From Squalus acanthias (lineage: Eukaryota), in NCBI GenBank assembly GCA_030390025.1, contig CM059432.1:104596001-104660000 (forward strand): 64,000 nt of DNA. Direction: 5' to 3'. Shown piece by piece: positions 37,469-49,180 of the stretch (its first letter is position 1; the number at the start of each line of letters is the position of its first letter). Position numbers and translations under genes: made by a program. The notes beneath the pieces were generated by a model. The model saw only the letters and a list, made by a program, of their open reading frames with translations. It was not told where the DNA came from and did no database searches.

Positions 37469-38619
37469 ATTCTCTTTGCCAGAAAAGTAATGAGGTACAG
37501 CAACTAAAGTAGCAACAAAGTTAGGATGAATAGGCAAAACTACCTCACAAAGCGTTGAGTCAATGTAGAAGTCTCTCTCTCTCTCTCTCCGAATCTCTCT
37601 CTCTCTCTCAGAACGAGTGGTGCATAAATGTCGACCACAGAAAAAGACAGGAAGAGGCCCCCTTTAAATAGCGCCCCCCCCAGCCCCACACCGATTGATA
37701 GCGTTCCAGTCTTCCGGTCGTTGGAAGCGCCAGGCGGTAAGGCAGGGGGCGCCACTCAATTTCCGCTCCGGGGCGCCCCAAGGGCGTTGCACCATGGAAT
37801 GACGTCACAATCTGCGCGCGCAGGTGGTCGCAGCGGTAAAGTTTAGCGCCGCCGCACAATCTCAAGTTAAGTTCTCGAGCGGCGCAAACATCGCTGCGCC
37901 CGGGCGTTAGCGGCTTAACGCCCCATTAGCGCCCTCTTAAGGCGCTAACGGGAGGCGCAACCAAGTGAATTTTTACCCCTAAGTGCCTTAAGGGCCTATC
38001 CCGCCTCTTGGAGGCGGGACTGAAACGGGGTCTGAAAAGCCGCTTTTGGGAAAGTTGCTCAGAAAGGGCTGGAGGCGGGATCGGAGCCCGCCTCCATTTT
38101 TTGCAACTTTCCCACCTGACCCGCCTCCAAACCCGACTTCTCGGGCCTGGCAAAATCCAGCCCTATAACTTCTAACTTCTTCCAGTTACTCAGATAAAAT
38201 TGCTTTTCTATCACAATACTTTTCAAAAGCTACAAACTCTGCAATTAAACATTATGAAAGTGAATGATATTGGTAAACTAAGCAATAAATGAATTTTTTA
38301 AAACTGTAATAAGTATCTTTGATCATGAAGCGACATGTTGCTATTGTCACTCTATATATTTCCTTAGATTTATTTTAAATTGTGTGTAGTCTTAGGGGGT
38401 TATTTTGGTGAAAGGGCGAAAACAGGCGCTAAATGGGTGCTGTACCTGTTTGAAAGTCTGGATTTAGCACACAATTTTGGTCCTAATTGCTGATTACCAT
38501 AATTTGAACTTGCCTGGAGGTGATAAAATAGAGAAACCTGCAGGTTTAGCACTCGAGCACTGATTAGACACAATTTTCATGGAGCAGTCTATGTGGGTTC
38601 CACTCATCCACTTCCACTG

Positions 38620-39035
38620 AACAACAACAACAACTTGTATTTATATAGCGCCTTTAATGTTGTAAAACGTCCCAAGGCGCTGCACAGGAGTATTTTAAGA
38701 CAATAAATTTGACACCAATCCACATAAGAATAAATTAGGGCAGGTGACCAAAAGCTTGACAAAAGAGGTAGGTTTTAAGGAGCGTCTTAAAGGAGGAGAG
38801 AGAGGTAGCGAAGCGGAAAGGTTTAGGCAGGGAATTCCAGAGCTTAGGGCCTAGGCAACAGAAGGCACGGCCACCAAAGATTGAGCGATTATAATCAGGG
38901 ATCCTCAAGAGGGCAGAATTAGAGGAGCGCAGATATCTCGGGGGGGTTGTGGGGCTGAAGGAGATTACACAGATAGGGAGGGACGAGGCCATGGAGGGAT
39001 TTGAAAACAAGGATGAGAATTTTGAAATCGAGGCG
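38620..39035 (-). mobile_element. L2 LINE 3' fragment
   Basis: (CAA)n tail; reverse complement of 42260-42670. Confidence 0.85.
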
Positions 39036-39087
39036 CTGCAGATGTGGAGTGTGCTGGCTGGCAGACAAGCGAACGTTTCAGGATGGC

Positions 39088-39361
39088 TCAGGGACTGAGG
39101 GAGAGGACACAGGGACTGAGGGAGAGGGTGCTGAGGGACTGAGGGAGAGGGACTGAGGGAGAGGGACTGAGGGAGAGGGACTGAGGGAGAGGGCACTCAG
39201 GGACTGAGGGAGAGGGACTGAGGGACTGAGGGAGAGGGCGCTCAGGGACTGAGGGAGAGGGACTGAGGGAGAGGGACTGAGGGACTGAGGGAGAGGGCAC
39301 TGAGGGACTGAGGGAGAGGGACTGAGGGAGAGGACACAGGGACCGAGGGAGAGGACACAGA
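39088..39361. repeat. G-rich simple repeat built from GGGACTGAGGGAGA-like units
   Basis: Irregular units of roughly 8-23 bp with strong purine skew. Confidence 0.9.
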
Positions 39362-39742
39362 GGTTCTCGGATGTGGCACTGGAGGTCCTGGTGGAGGAGG
39401 TCCAGAGGAGGAGGGATGTCCTTTACCTGCAGGAGGGGAAGGATGCCACCTTGCCTTCCTCGCCCTCCTGTCCCTCTCTCCTGCAGCAGCTGGCGCTACT
39501 CTGCCTGCCCATGACCAAGCACCCTCTTTCTTCTGGTGACTCCTATAAGGTGTCCAATAAGCTGGAGAAGCACAGCACTTACTATTTTTAGGTGAAGTCC
39601 TAAGAGAATTTCCAGAAAAATGTTGATAGAGTGTTGGTGCAGTCTTGACAAAGTGTCCCAGTAAGTCTCCTGATGTGTTTCAAAAGTTCTCTTCAAACCT
39701 CCAGCAGCAAATATACAGTAAAAGGTGATATACCTTTAAGTA

Positions 39743-39965
39743 TGAGAAGTCGCACAACACCAGGTTATAGTCCAACAGATTTATTTAATTTTACAAGCTT
39801 TCGGAACAGTTCGCTCCTTCGTCAGGTAAGTTAGCAGTGACCTGACGAAGGAGCGAACTGTTCCGAAAGCTTGTAAAATTAAATAAATCTGTTGGACTAT
39901 AACCTGGTGTTGTGCGACTTCTCATTTTTGTCCACCCCAGTCCAACGCCGGCATCTCCACATCAT
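39743..39965. mobile_element. Penelope-like pseudo-LTR insertion in inverted arrangement, hammerhead motif on each strand
   Basis: Perfect 86-bp IR (39742-39827 / 39840-39925) containing CTGACGA-a-ggagc/gaact/gttcc-GAAAGCTT; 12-bp direct repeat TACCTTTAAGTA at 39731 and 39966. Confidence 0.8.
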
Positions 39966-41377
39966 TACCTTTAAGTAGCGCTTGAAATCCTCTGCAATGA
40001 CTAGTTAACTCCCAATCAGCTGATCACTGTTAGGAGAGGGCATTAGGTCAAGGGCTAGCCACCAAAGTGCTGTGCAGCTTCTTTAATGAGCGCTAGCAGG
40101 CAATGTAACTGGCAGTCAGCTGCTTAACGACCCTCCGGGCGGCCGTTCCCATCACAAGCTTCAACTCCTTTACCAAGATGGCATCTTGCGCTAAACGCGG
40201 GCTAAACTGGTGTTTCAGTTTAAGACCCAATCTTGGCCACCTCAGAGGCTCTTTAGTGCCTAAAATTCCCCCCTTAATGTTGTTAAATCAGTTTATTTTG
40301 CCATTATTGCTGCACAAATTGGGGAGTTTAGTGTAATTTATGTTTTGTCCTTTCTTTATGCCTATTCAGATATTGCTGTTAATGAGGGCCTTACAAAGTA
40401 ACAATTTTTTCCACTAAAAGGCTTGTTGAGTGGCTGTGGAAAACATTTTAGGATGTTCTCCTACATATAAATTGGGCTAAAGCAGTTTACTCTGATCTGC
40501 TATTCACATCAGTTACCTTTGTGAAATGGAAAGCAGCAGAGACTGAGAATGAGAAAGGGATGGAGTAAAAGCAAACAGAAAGGAAGGAAAAAGTTAGGAA
40601 ATCTAGAGCATGCTGGAGAGGAAAGCCTCTCCAGCCTCATATGCTTAATTCCTTATTTCAGTGAAAGGTAGGTGCTTCTTGACAGTACAGGTGGAAATCA
40701 GAGTAATTTCTAGGCTGCTTTTCAGCACTTCCTAGTGATTAGTTTTACAGAAACCTGGGAGCAGGTGACCTGCTTGATCTCCCAGCCAAGAACAGTAGTG
40801 ATGCAAAGAGATTAGGGAAAAGCCGGATTGAAAAATACCTCGAAAGAAATATCACTCTAAAAGAAGCAGAAGATTACATGCAAATTATTTGTTACAATCT
40901 CTGTGGTTAAACACACAACCCCTAAAGCAGGCAGAGAACATAAAACATTGAGGTGTTAGTGGCAATTACCATTACAGATGGAAGTTTAATTTTTCCATCA
41001 ACTTCAACCCGGAGTGAAAGGGGGTGAATTTCCATCGGCTTTCTGTGGATCCTCCACTGAAGTTACAACAGACAAGCGGGTGAACCCCCCTGGAAATTCA
41101 GTGCCAAAATCTTTAGTGGGAATTTTCTTTTTTGCCAGTTACAAAATTGTTGTATTACTGGTTCCACTGGCGCTGCCTTCTGCTGAATTCCACGTAAATC
41201 TTCCAGTCATTGCCTACCCTTACTTTGAACTGCAGCAGTAATTGTATAGTTTATTTGTATTTAGTGCATAGGCACAGAAGACGCAAGGTTGAAAGGGAGT
41301 ACAGATTGCATAGAACCCTCACAGCCCCTGGCATCAGACACACACAGAAATGCATCTACTGCCTCAGGAGCAGCTAC

Positions 41378-42782
41378 CAGTGTCAGCCTTGGCTCAGTGA
41401 TAGCACTCACACCCCTGAGTCGGAAGTTTATGGATTGAGCACATAATGTAGGTTGACACTTCACTGCAGTGCTGAGGGAGTATTGCATTTCCAGAGGTGC
41501 CATCTTTCAGATGAGATATTAAACTGAGGCCCCATCTGCCTTCTCAAGTGGTCGTAAAAGATCTCCTGCCACTGTTTGAAGAGCAGGGGAGTTATCCCTT
41601 GACCTGGTCATTTATCTCATTGCTGTTTGTGGGATCTTGCTCCTATTTCTCATCTACATGCTGGCCCTTGGCGACATCATCCAAAAACACAGCGTCAGTT
41701 TCCACATGTACACTGACAACACCCAGCTCTACCTCACCACCATGTCTCTCGACCCCTCCACGGTCTCTAAGTTGTCAGACTGCTTGTCCGACATCCAGTA
41801 CTGGGTGAGCAAAAATTTTCTCCAATTAAATATTGGGAAGACCGAAGCCATTGTTTTCGGTCCCCGCCAAAAACTCCGTTCCCTAGCCACTGACACCATC
41901 CCTCTCCCTAACATCTGTCTGAGGCTGAACCACACTGTTCGCAACCTTGGTGTCATATTTGACCCTGAAATGAATTTCCGACCACATATCCGCTCCATCA
42001 CTAAGACCGCCTATTTCCACCTCCGTAACATCGCCCGTCTCCGCCCCTGCCTCAGCTCATCTGTTGCTGAAACCCTCATCCACGCCTTTGTTACCTCTAG
42101 ACTTGACTATTCCAATGCACTCCTGGCTGGCCTCCCACATTCTACCCTACATAAACTTGAGGTCATCCAAAACTCAGCTGCCCGTGTCTTAACTCACACC
42201 AAGTCCCGATCACCCATCTCTCCTGTGCTCACTGACCTATATTGGCTCCCGGTTAAGCAACGCCTCGATTTCAAAATTCTCATCCTTGTTTTCAAATCCC
42301 TCCATGGCCTCACCCCTTCCTATCTCTGTAATCTCCTCCAGCCCCACAACCCCCCGAGATATCTGCGCTCCTCTAATTCTGGCCTCTTGAGCATCCCTGA
42401 TTATAATTGCTCAACCATTGGTGGCCGTACCTTCTGTTGCCTGGGTCCTGGAATTCCCTCCCTAAACCTTTCCACCTCGCTACCTCTCCTCCTTTAAGAT
42501 GCTCCTTGAAACCTACTTCTTTGACTAAGCTTTTGGTCATCTGCCCTAATTTCTCCTAATGTGGCTCAGTGTCAAATTTTTTTGTCTTGTAATACTCCTG
42601 TAAAGAGCCTTGGGACATTTTACTACATTGAAGGCGCTATATAAATAGAAGTTGTTTTTGTTGTTGTTGTTTGCCAACAAAACAACAGTGACCACACTTC
42701 AAAAGTAATTAATTGGTTTTAAAGTGATTTAGGATGTATGAAGATATGAAAGGAGCTATGCAAATGCAAGTTTGTCTTTTCT
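41378..42782 (+). mobile_element. Older Deu-type SINE (41378-41640 and 42673-42782) split by an L2 insertion
   Basis: SINE head and core stop at ...gggatcttgc and resume at ...aacaacagtgaccacacttcaaaagta after the L2 tail. Confidence 0.75.
41641..42672 (+). mobile_element. L2 LINE, 5'-truncated RT C-terminal half
   Basis: FHMYTDNTQLY (decayed YADD), LQLNIGKTE, LIHAFVTSRLDYSNALL, (GTT)n tail. Confidence 0.9.
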
Positions 42783-42979
42783 TACCTGGATACAAGTGCA
42801 GAGTAGTGCATGCAATTTCAGGAGTTACCCAGGGAGATGTTTTCTGAGTTGTACCATCTCAAAGCATCTCAGCTGGAGCATTCCCAGTGGTTCCCATGTG
42901 AACACAAGTGATTAATTTTAATGCTTCAGCTTCTTTTCAAGATGTCACGGGGGTCTTGATGAAAGTGAAGTGTTGATCC

Positions 42980-44250
42980 AATCCATCCAAAATATCACTG
43001 AGGCCTTTTAGGCATGCACACTGCTACATGCACTTCGGCACTAAGCAGCAGCAGAGATCCATGATAAAAGGCTTCTTTGATATTGATAGTTTCCCAAGAG
43101 CATAGGGCATCATCGATTCCATATGTGTGTGCATTCAGGCTCCATCACGTTATGTCATGACATGTAAAAATAGATAGGATGTCACTCAGTCAATGTGCAC
43201 CCTGATAGTGTCCTGAAGTTGTAAGACTCCCCTCCTGATGCAAAATCTCGTTTGATCATAGAATAATAGAATCATAGAAATTTACAGCACAGAAGGAGGC
43301 CATTCGGCCCATCTTGTCCATGCTGGCCAACAAAGTGCTATCCAGCCTAATCCCACTTTCCAGCACTTGGTCCGTATCCTTGTAGGTTACGGCACTTCAA
43401 GTGCACATCCAAGTACTTTTTAAATGTGATGAGGGTCTCTGCCTCTACCACCCTTTCAGGCAATGAGTTCCAGACCTCCACCACCCTCTGGGTGAAAAAA
43501 GTTCTCCTCAAATCCCCTCTAAACCTCCTACCAATTACTTTAAATCTATGCCCCCTGGTTATCGAGTCCTCTGCTAAGGGAAATAGATCCTTCCTATCCA
43601 CTCTCTGGGGGAGCAAATTGGAGAATCAGTGGGGCGTGTGGTATGCCATATTTATGGCACTTATGATTTTCTGGTCATTAATTTTTAATAACTGGAGAAT
43701 TGGAAGTGTCCCAAATCAGATGTGCTGGCCTCCGCATCCGATTCTCTGCTCTGCACTTCTGTCCAATAGGGCTTTGCGCCAAGAGTGAAGTCTTGCAATT
43801 CCGAAGTGATGTCACCCTGAGCCTGCTCCACATTAGAGTAAGCTATCCTGGGAGTTGCCGTGACTCTTACATCCTGTGACATTTCAATATTGAAGATCTG
43901 TTCAAGGAGGACAGTAAGTTGGATAAATAGCTACTGGGAGATTCTGGCCATCCTCTCCCATCTTGACTGATGAAACCAGTCATGAAGACAAACACTAAAG
44001 TTGGGGAGTGTTACAAGGAGGCCTATGCCAATACTAGGGTGCACAAAATTGCTTTGGAGTTTGCAATGATTCATTGCCTGGATCACTTGGGAGCTCCTTG
44101 CAGTATGCCCCAGAGAAGGTGCACAAAATAGTGCTCTGTGCTCCTGAATATCACAATCAAGAAAGGTCCCAGTATGCAGGAGGACAAGTAGCCGCAGCAG
44201 TCAGGGATTGAGCAAGACAAAGAGGGAAAAAAGGATGTGACAGACGAGAC
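42980..44250 (+). pseudogene. Fossil Harbinger transposase interrupted by CR1 and other insertions; boundaries approximate
   Basis: FPRA*GIID...CHSVNV near 43090-43200 and CLDH...LQYAPEKV near 44075-44125. Confidence 0.55.
43257..43606 (-). mobile_element. CR1 LINE 3' end
   Basis: TRGHRFKV...FFTQRVVEVWNSLP...GYGPSAGKWD*. Confidence 0.88.
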
Positions 44251-47139
44251 TTTACTACCAAGCAGATCATTGCCACAGCACCACCACTGTCATGGTTGAA
44301 ACATCAGGGGCAATAATAATGGTCGCTTCTACTTGTTTGATTGTGCCTTGTAGCTTACAGGAAAGACATAGATCGCCACTGGAGCTGATGCCTGCCAAGT
44401 GGTTTGCAGCAATAGAAAGCCACATACCTGTGGGATGGCACTGATCTTGTTGTCTCCTTCTTCCTTGCAAGAGGCTAGCCATGCTGCTGTCTGGGTAGAT
44501 CAACATGTGGCCTATTTAAATCGGCTTCAAAACCAGTATCCAGCATTTCATATATGGTGATCAAAGACTAAGTGTAGGTGCTAATATATAGCTGTGACTG
44601 TCAACTACTTTACATTGATATATATGGGGGTGTGTGTAATTGTCTTAACATTATTAAAAATACTTATCTGAGAAGATTTCAGGTGTTGGCTATGTTTGTC
44701 TGGAGAGTACTGTTGATCCAAATATAGCCAAAATCTTGCTGGCAGTAAAGTACAAAAGAATGTTTATGAGAATATTTTAGAAATATCACAACAGGCTAGC
44801 AAAGGCAGATCTACTTACTGAGAAAGATTGTTTGATAACTATCCTTATACATAGCTAGAACTAGCTATGTGAAAGTATTCACTCTGCTTTTCAATTTTTA
44901 GCAAACGGGGTACTTTGCATTTCATTCTACTAGACACAGCAATATGTTGTTCTCTCCACAAAGTTCACGTCCCCAGGCACCGTGTAGTCTCCTAGCCTAG
45001 GATTTCTATATATTTTGCAGGCTTTGCTTCTCTGTGCAAAATTACACCTCAAACAATTCTTTTATTTGCAGAAAAAATTGGCCCCAAGAGGCACTAGGTG
45101 GTGGGACCCAACAATTAAAACCCCTTTCTTGCTTCAAAAAGGCCTTTATGGAGATTGTAGGCTGCTGGACTTGACGTGTTAGGAAACACACTAACAGCAA
45201 CCATCAAGGAGTGATTCAGTGAACTTGCAGCAATGCAATGGTCCCTCCACACACAGATTAGTTACTGTAGTTAGGACTCTTGTTCAATGTTTCTGAAAGT
45301 TTAATGCATTAAATAAAGTTATTTTAACTTTAACTGATGTGATCTTTAATATTTCACCTGTATGTTATTCTCAGAAGGGATATAATTGTCAAATCCAACA
45401 TGGCAGTGAAGGTGAAAATGACACATTAGTAGAATGACTTAACTACCATCAGTGAATTTTATTGAACTAAAAAATTCCCTGTTCTGGTGTTCTTGATCAT
45501 TTATGTTAATGTATGCTTTTAATTCAGCTATCAACATACCATTCATCCCTAGTTTCTAGAGTTACAGCAGTTGGATGAATATAATGCTATCTTCAAAGTA
45601 GAACAAGTAAGGTCACATGAGTACTGTCCATTGTTGTATGAATGGAAACCTTGTCCTTTTATTGCTTTTGGTAAGTCTCTCTTTTTGCAGTAAGCAATAA
45701 CAGGGCTCAGATAAAGTTCCCAGGTTGCAAATGCAGGGAAATCCTTACATTCTTTGGGTTTATTAATCCACAATGACAGTGCGTATACTTGACCTTCGGA
45801 ATAACTGATGAAACTAAAAAATAAAAAGCGAAGGCAGCAGGATAGTTGAATGTATTGTTGCTAAAGAAATTGATTAAAAACTATGGGATAGAAATTTGTT
45901 TATGTCTACTTTTGGGCCCAAAATAGGCGATGAGCCGCAAGCGCACGCCAGAAGCTCGAGACCAGAGGCTCACCAGAAATTGGGCCTCAGTCCTCATTTT
46001 AATAATAGAGGCGAGCTGCCGGGGCCTGTCGCGACTCCAGAGGCAGCTTGTCTGATGGTGGGAAGCAAATTTGGGCACTTGCCACGTAGGCAGCGGCCCT
46101 CAGCTAAGCCCTGGGAGTGGGGAGTGGAGGAAAACATGGAGGGTAGGGCAGCACAGTAGGAGTAAACCTGCTCCTCTCAGCTCCACAGGAGAGGAAGTTA
46201 AAAAAGAACTGTTCCTACCATTTCTTTACCGGGCTCCGGTGGTCCCTTTAAGGACCGCTGGTTAGACAACTGCAGAAATGGAAAAACTAGCATGGCGCAT
46301 GCTCCGTCTAGTTTTTTTAACGAAAATTGCAGAAAGGTCTTGAAACAGGCCCAGGAGTCCAGGACCCTTCTTTGCATATTTAAATTGGTCCAACGCTGAT
46401 TTCAGGTGGCCGCCAAGGACGCCTAAATACAACGAAGGCCAGTACGGTGGTTGCCATGCCGCTGGCGCAGATCAGGCATGGGAACTTTCATCCAGAAATG
46501 TATATACGTTGCGCCTGTTTTATGTGCTAGCCTTGTTATAATTCTACTTTCAGGTCCCAGCCAAATATGCATTTTAATGAGGTGCATGCTATAGCAGACC
46601 GGATTGTCCATTGAAGTACTGCCTGTTTTCAGGCTGTTGTGGAGTGCTAAAAAGAGTAAAATGGATGGTAAGGCCTACTGCTTCAAATCCACCCCAAGAG
46701 AATTGCACCAAAAAAAAATCACTATTCCACTTTAACGCTCACCCCCACTGCATTGAGGGTATCCAAATTTTCCACTCCATTTTCCCTGACTTCCACCCAA
46801 ATCTGACCCGCTGTATAAGTGCTGGTATGACACTGAGGAGGCCATTTTGTTTGCTCGGGCTGAAGGCTTGTCTTACTTTGCCTGCATATCAATTTTAGCT
46901 GTTTGGTGCTCTGCAGCATGTGTCAAGACTCTTACTGCCCAGTTTAATCAGCTTGGCAAAAAGTACAGTTGTGAACTGGCAATGTGGATTTCCCAATGGG
47001 AATCCCTCTCTTTCTAAGTTTTCAAGAGGTGGATGAGAATATGAAAGAGGATGGATTGGAGGCACTTTAGACTCAGGCATCACAGAATATATTTGCTCCC
47101 TACACGCAGATACCCACTCAGCCGGGTTTACTGACCAAG

Positions 47140-47700
47140 AACGCCTTAGATTGCTCTGCTTATCATTGCTTCAGCAGGATGCACTTCCCTCCAGAGGCTA
47201 CTGGGGATATTTCAATTGCTGGCTGAAGACCTGTAGCCCACTTCCATAAGGAGAACAGCATTGCCTATATCAATCAAAGTCACCACTACCTTGAATTTCT
47301 TTGCAACTGGATCCTTCCAGGAAGCATCAGTTGACCTTTGCCACATTAGGCAGGCAACAGCTCACCATTGTATAAAAAAAATCACTGATGCTCTCTTTAG
47401 GTAGGCCTTGCACTTCACTTCTTTTGAACAAAACGAGATAAGCAAAGCGAGGGACAGCTATCCAATTGTACAGACTGGTAGGGTTCCTATGGTACAAGCA
47501 GCAATTGATGAAATGCATATTGCATTCAAAGTCCCATATGAGAACCTCTTAATTTCATGAACAGAAAAGGCGTTCATTCGATTTGTGTGCAGCTAGTGCG
47601 TGATGCCAACCACCCTACCGTTAATGCCTTCTACCCAGGAAGCTGCCGGCAGATCCTGCAGCAACAAAAAGTGTTCCTGCACAGGATTGCCAGTGATAAA
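47140..47700 (+). pseudogene. Fossil Harbinger transposase fragment
   Basis: LNFFATGSFQ at about 47290 and AID..HIA...MNRKGVHSICVQLVRD at 47500-47605. Confidence 0.65.
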
Positions 47701-48405
47701 ACCTTAAGCCTCAGCAACAAATATTGTCATGTGATGAATCCAGAGGTTTCATGGGGAGCACGTGCCTGAATTCCTAATTTGCACTCCGGTGAGTAAGGCT
47801 GCGTGCTGGGAATGAAACTTCACAAAATTGGCCCTCATATGGGCAGTGTCAACCCATGATCCAAGTGATTTGTTTCCAGATCAAAACTAGCCATAATTTG
47901 GCAGTAAATCAACACTAAAATTGGTTGCCTTACTCAGAGACACCATTGATCATTTGTGGTTAAAGGTACAATTATTGGGTCAGTGCATTGGGAGCTTTAC
48001 CTTACATCCAACCCATGATATAGCTGATTTAGGAACACTTGTTGACACTGGCAGTGAAAAGTGAGAAAATGTTCCATTCCCCAGGACTGATCTATACTGA
48101 GCAAGAGGTAAAATCTGTTTTTTGGGAATGCCAGTAGAATGCATTCCGAGGTGTGCTGTAGCACAGGAAAGATACACAGCAAAGTTGCCTTGATAGAGTA
48201 TGTCCTGGAAAGAGCATTAACTCTTAACCCAGACTTACATTTCCAATTCCCGCATGAGCCGTCCTTATGCCGGAGACTACTAATTTAAAGCAAATTTTAA
48301 TTGAGATTGAATTATGGTCTGTTTTGTAAGTAGACTTTTGTTTTTAATACTCAGCACAAAACATCATGAGTCAAGAGTACACATCACCCATGATTTTAGC
48401 CCAAT

Positions 48406-49180
48406 AGGTAATGCATTTGGGGAGGGCTAACAAGGCTAGGGAATACACAATAAACGGTAGGATACTGAGAAGTTGAGAGGAACAAAGGGACCTTGGAGTG
48501 CATGTCCACAGATCCCTGAAGGTAGCAGGACAGGTAGATAAGGTGGTTAAGAAGACATACGGGATACTTTCTTTTATTAGCCGAGGCATAGAATATAAGA
48601 GCAGGGAGGTTATGCTTGAACTGTAGCTAGGCCACGGCGTACAGTTCTGGTCACCACATTACAGGAAAGAGGTGATTGCACTAGAGAGGGTGCAGAAGAG
48701 ATTTACGAGAATGTTGCCAGGACTGGAGAGTTTTAGCTATGAGGAAAGATTGGATAGGCTGGGGTTGTTTTCTTTGGAACAGAGGAGGCTGAGGGGAGAC
48801 TTAATTGAGGTGTATAAAATTATGTGGGGCGTAGATGGAGTGGATAGGAAGGACCTAGTTCCCTTACTAGAGAGGTCAATAACCAAGGGGCATAGATTTA
48901 AAGTAATTTGTAGAAGGATTAGAGGGCATTTGAGGAGACCTTTTTCACCCAGAGGGTGGTGGGGGTCTGGAACTCACTGCCTGGAAGGGTGGTAGAGGCA
49001 GAAACCCTCATCACATTTAAAAAGTACTTGGATATGCACTTGAAGTACCGTAACCTACAAGGCTACGGACCAAGAGCTGGAAAGTGGGATTAGGCTGGAT
49101 AGCTCCTTTTCGGCTGGCACAGGCACAATGGGCCGCATGGGCTCCTTCTGTGCTGTAAATTTATACGATTCTATGATTCA
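48406..49180 (+). mobile_element. CR1 LINE 3' fragment
   Basis: LERVQKRFTRMLPGL, LGLFSLEQRRLRGDL; tail ATTCTATGATTC. Confidence 0.88.

Larger units (their letters stand above)
33778..37979 (+). mobile_element. Harbinger transposon B (4202 bp), nested in A
   Basis: TIR AGGGTAGAAATT / AATTTTTACCCC (10/12), TSD TAA (33775-33777, 37980-37982), convergent Myb and transposase genes. Confidence 0.92.
29710..38163 (+). mobile_element. Harbinger transposon A (about 4.25 kb once nested element B is removed)
   Basis: Perfect 13-bp TIR GGGCTGGATTTTG / CAAAATCCAGCCC, TSD TAT (29707-29709, 38164-38166), convergent Myb/SANT and DDE transposase genes. Confidence 0.92.
38395..40273 (+). mobile_element. Deleted Harbinger element D carrying nested L2, minisatellite and PLE
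   Basis: TIR GGGGGTTATTTT / AAAATTCCCCCC, TSD TTA; Myb remnant RFSDVALEVLVEEVQRRRDVLY at 39361-39426. Confidence 0.7.

Noticed and set aside
45885..46560. Further Harbinger-like MITE starting GGGATAGAAATT
   Set aside because: The left end looks TIR-like, but no matching right TIR or TSD could be identified.
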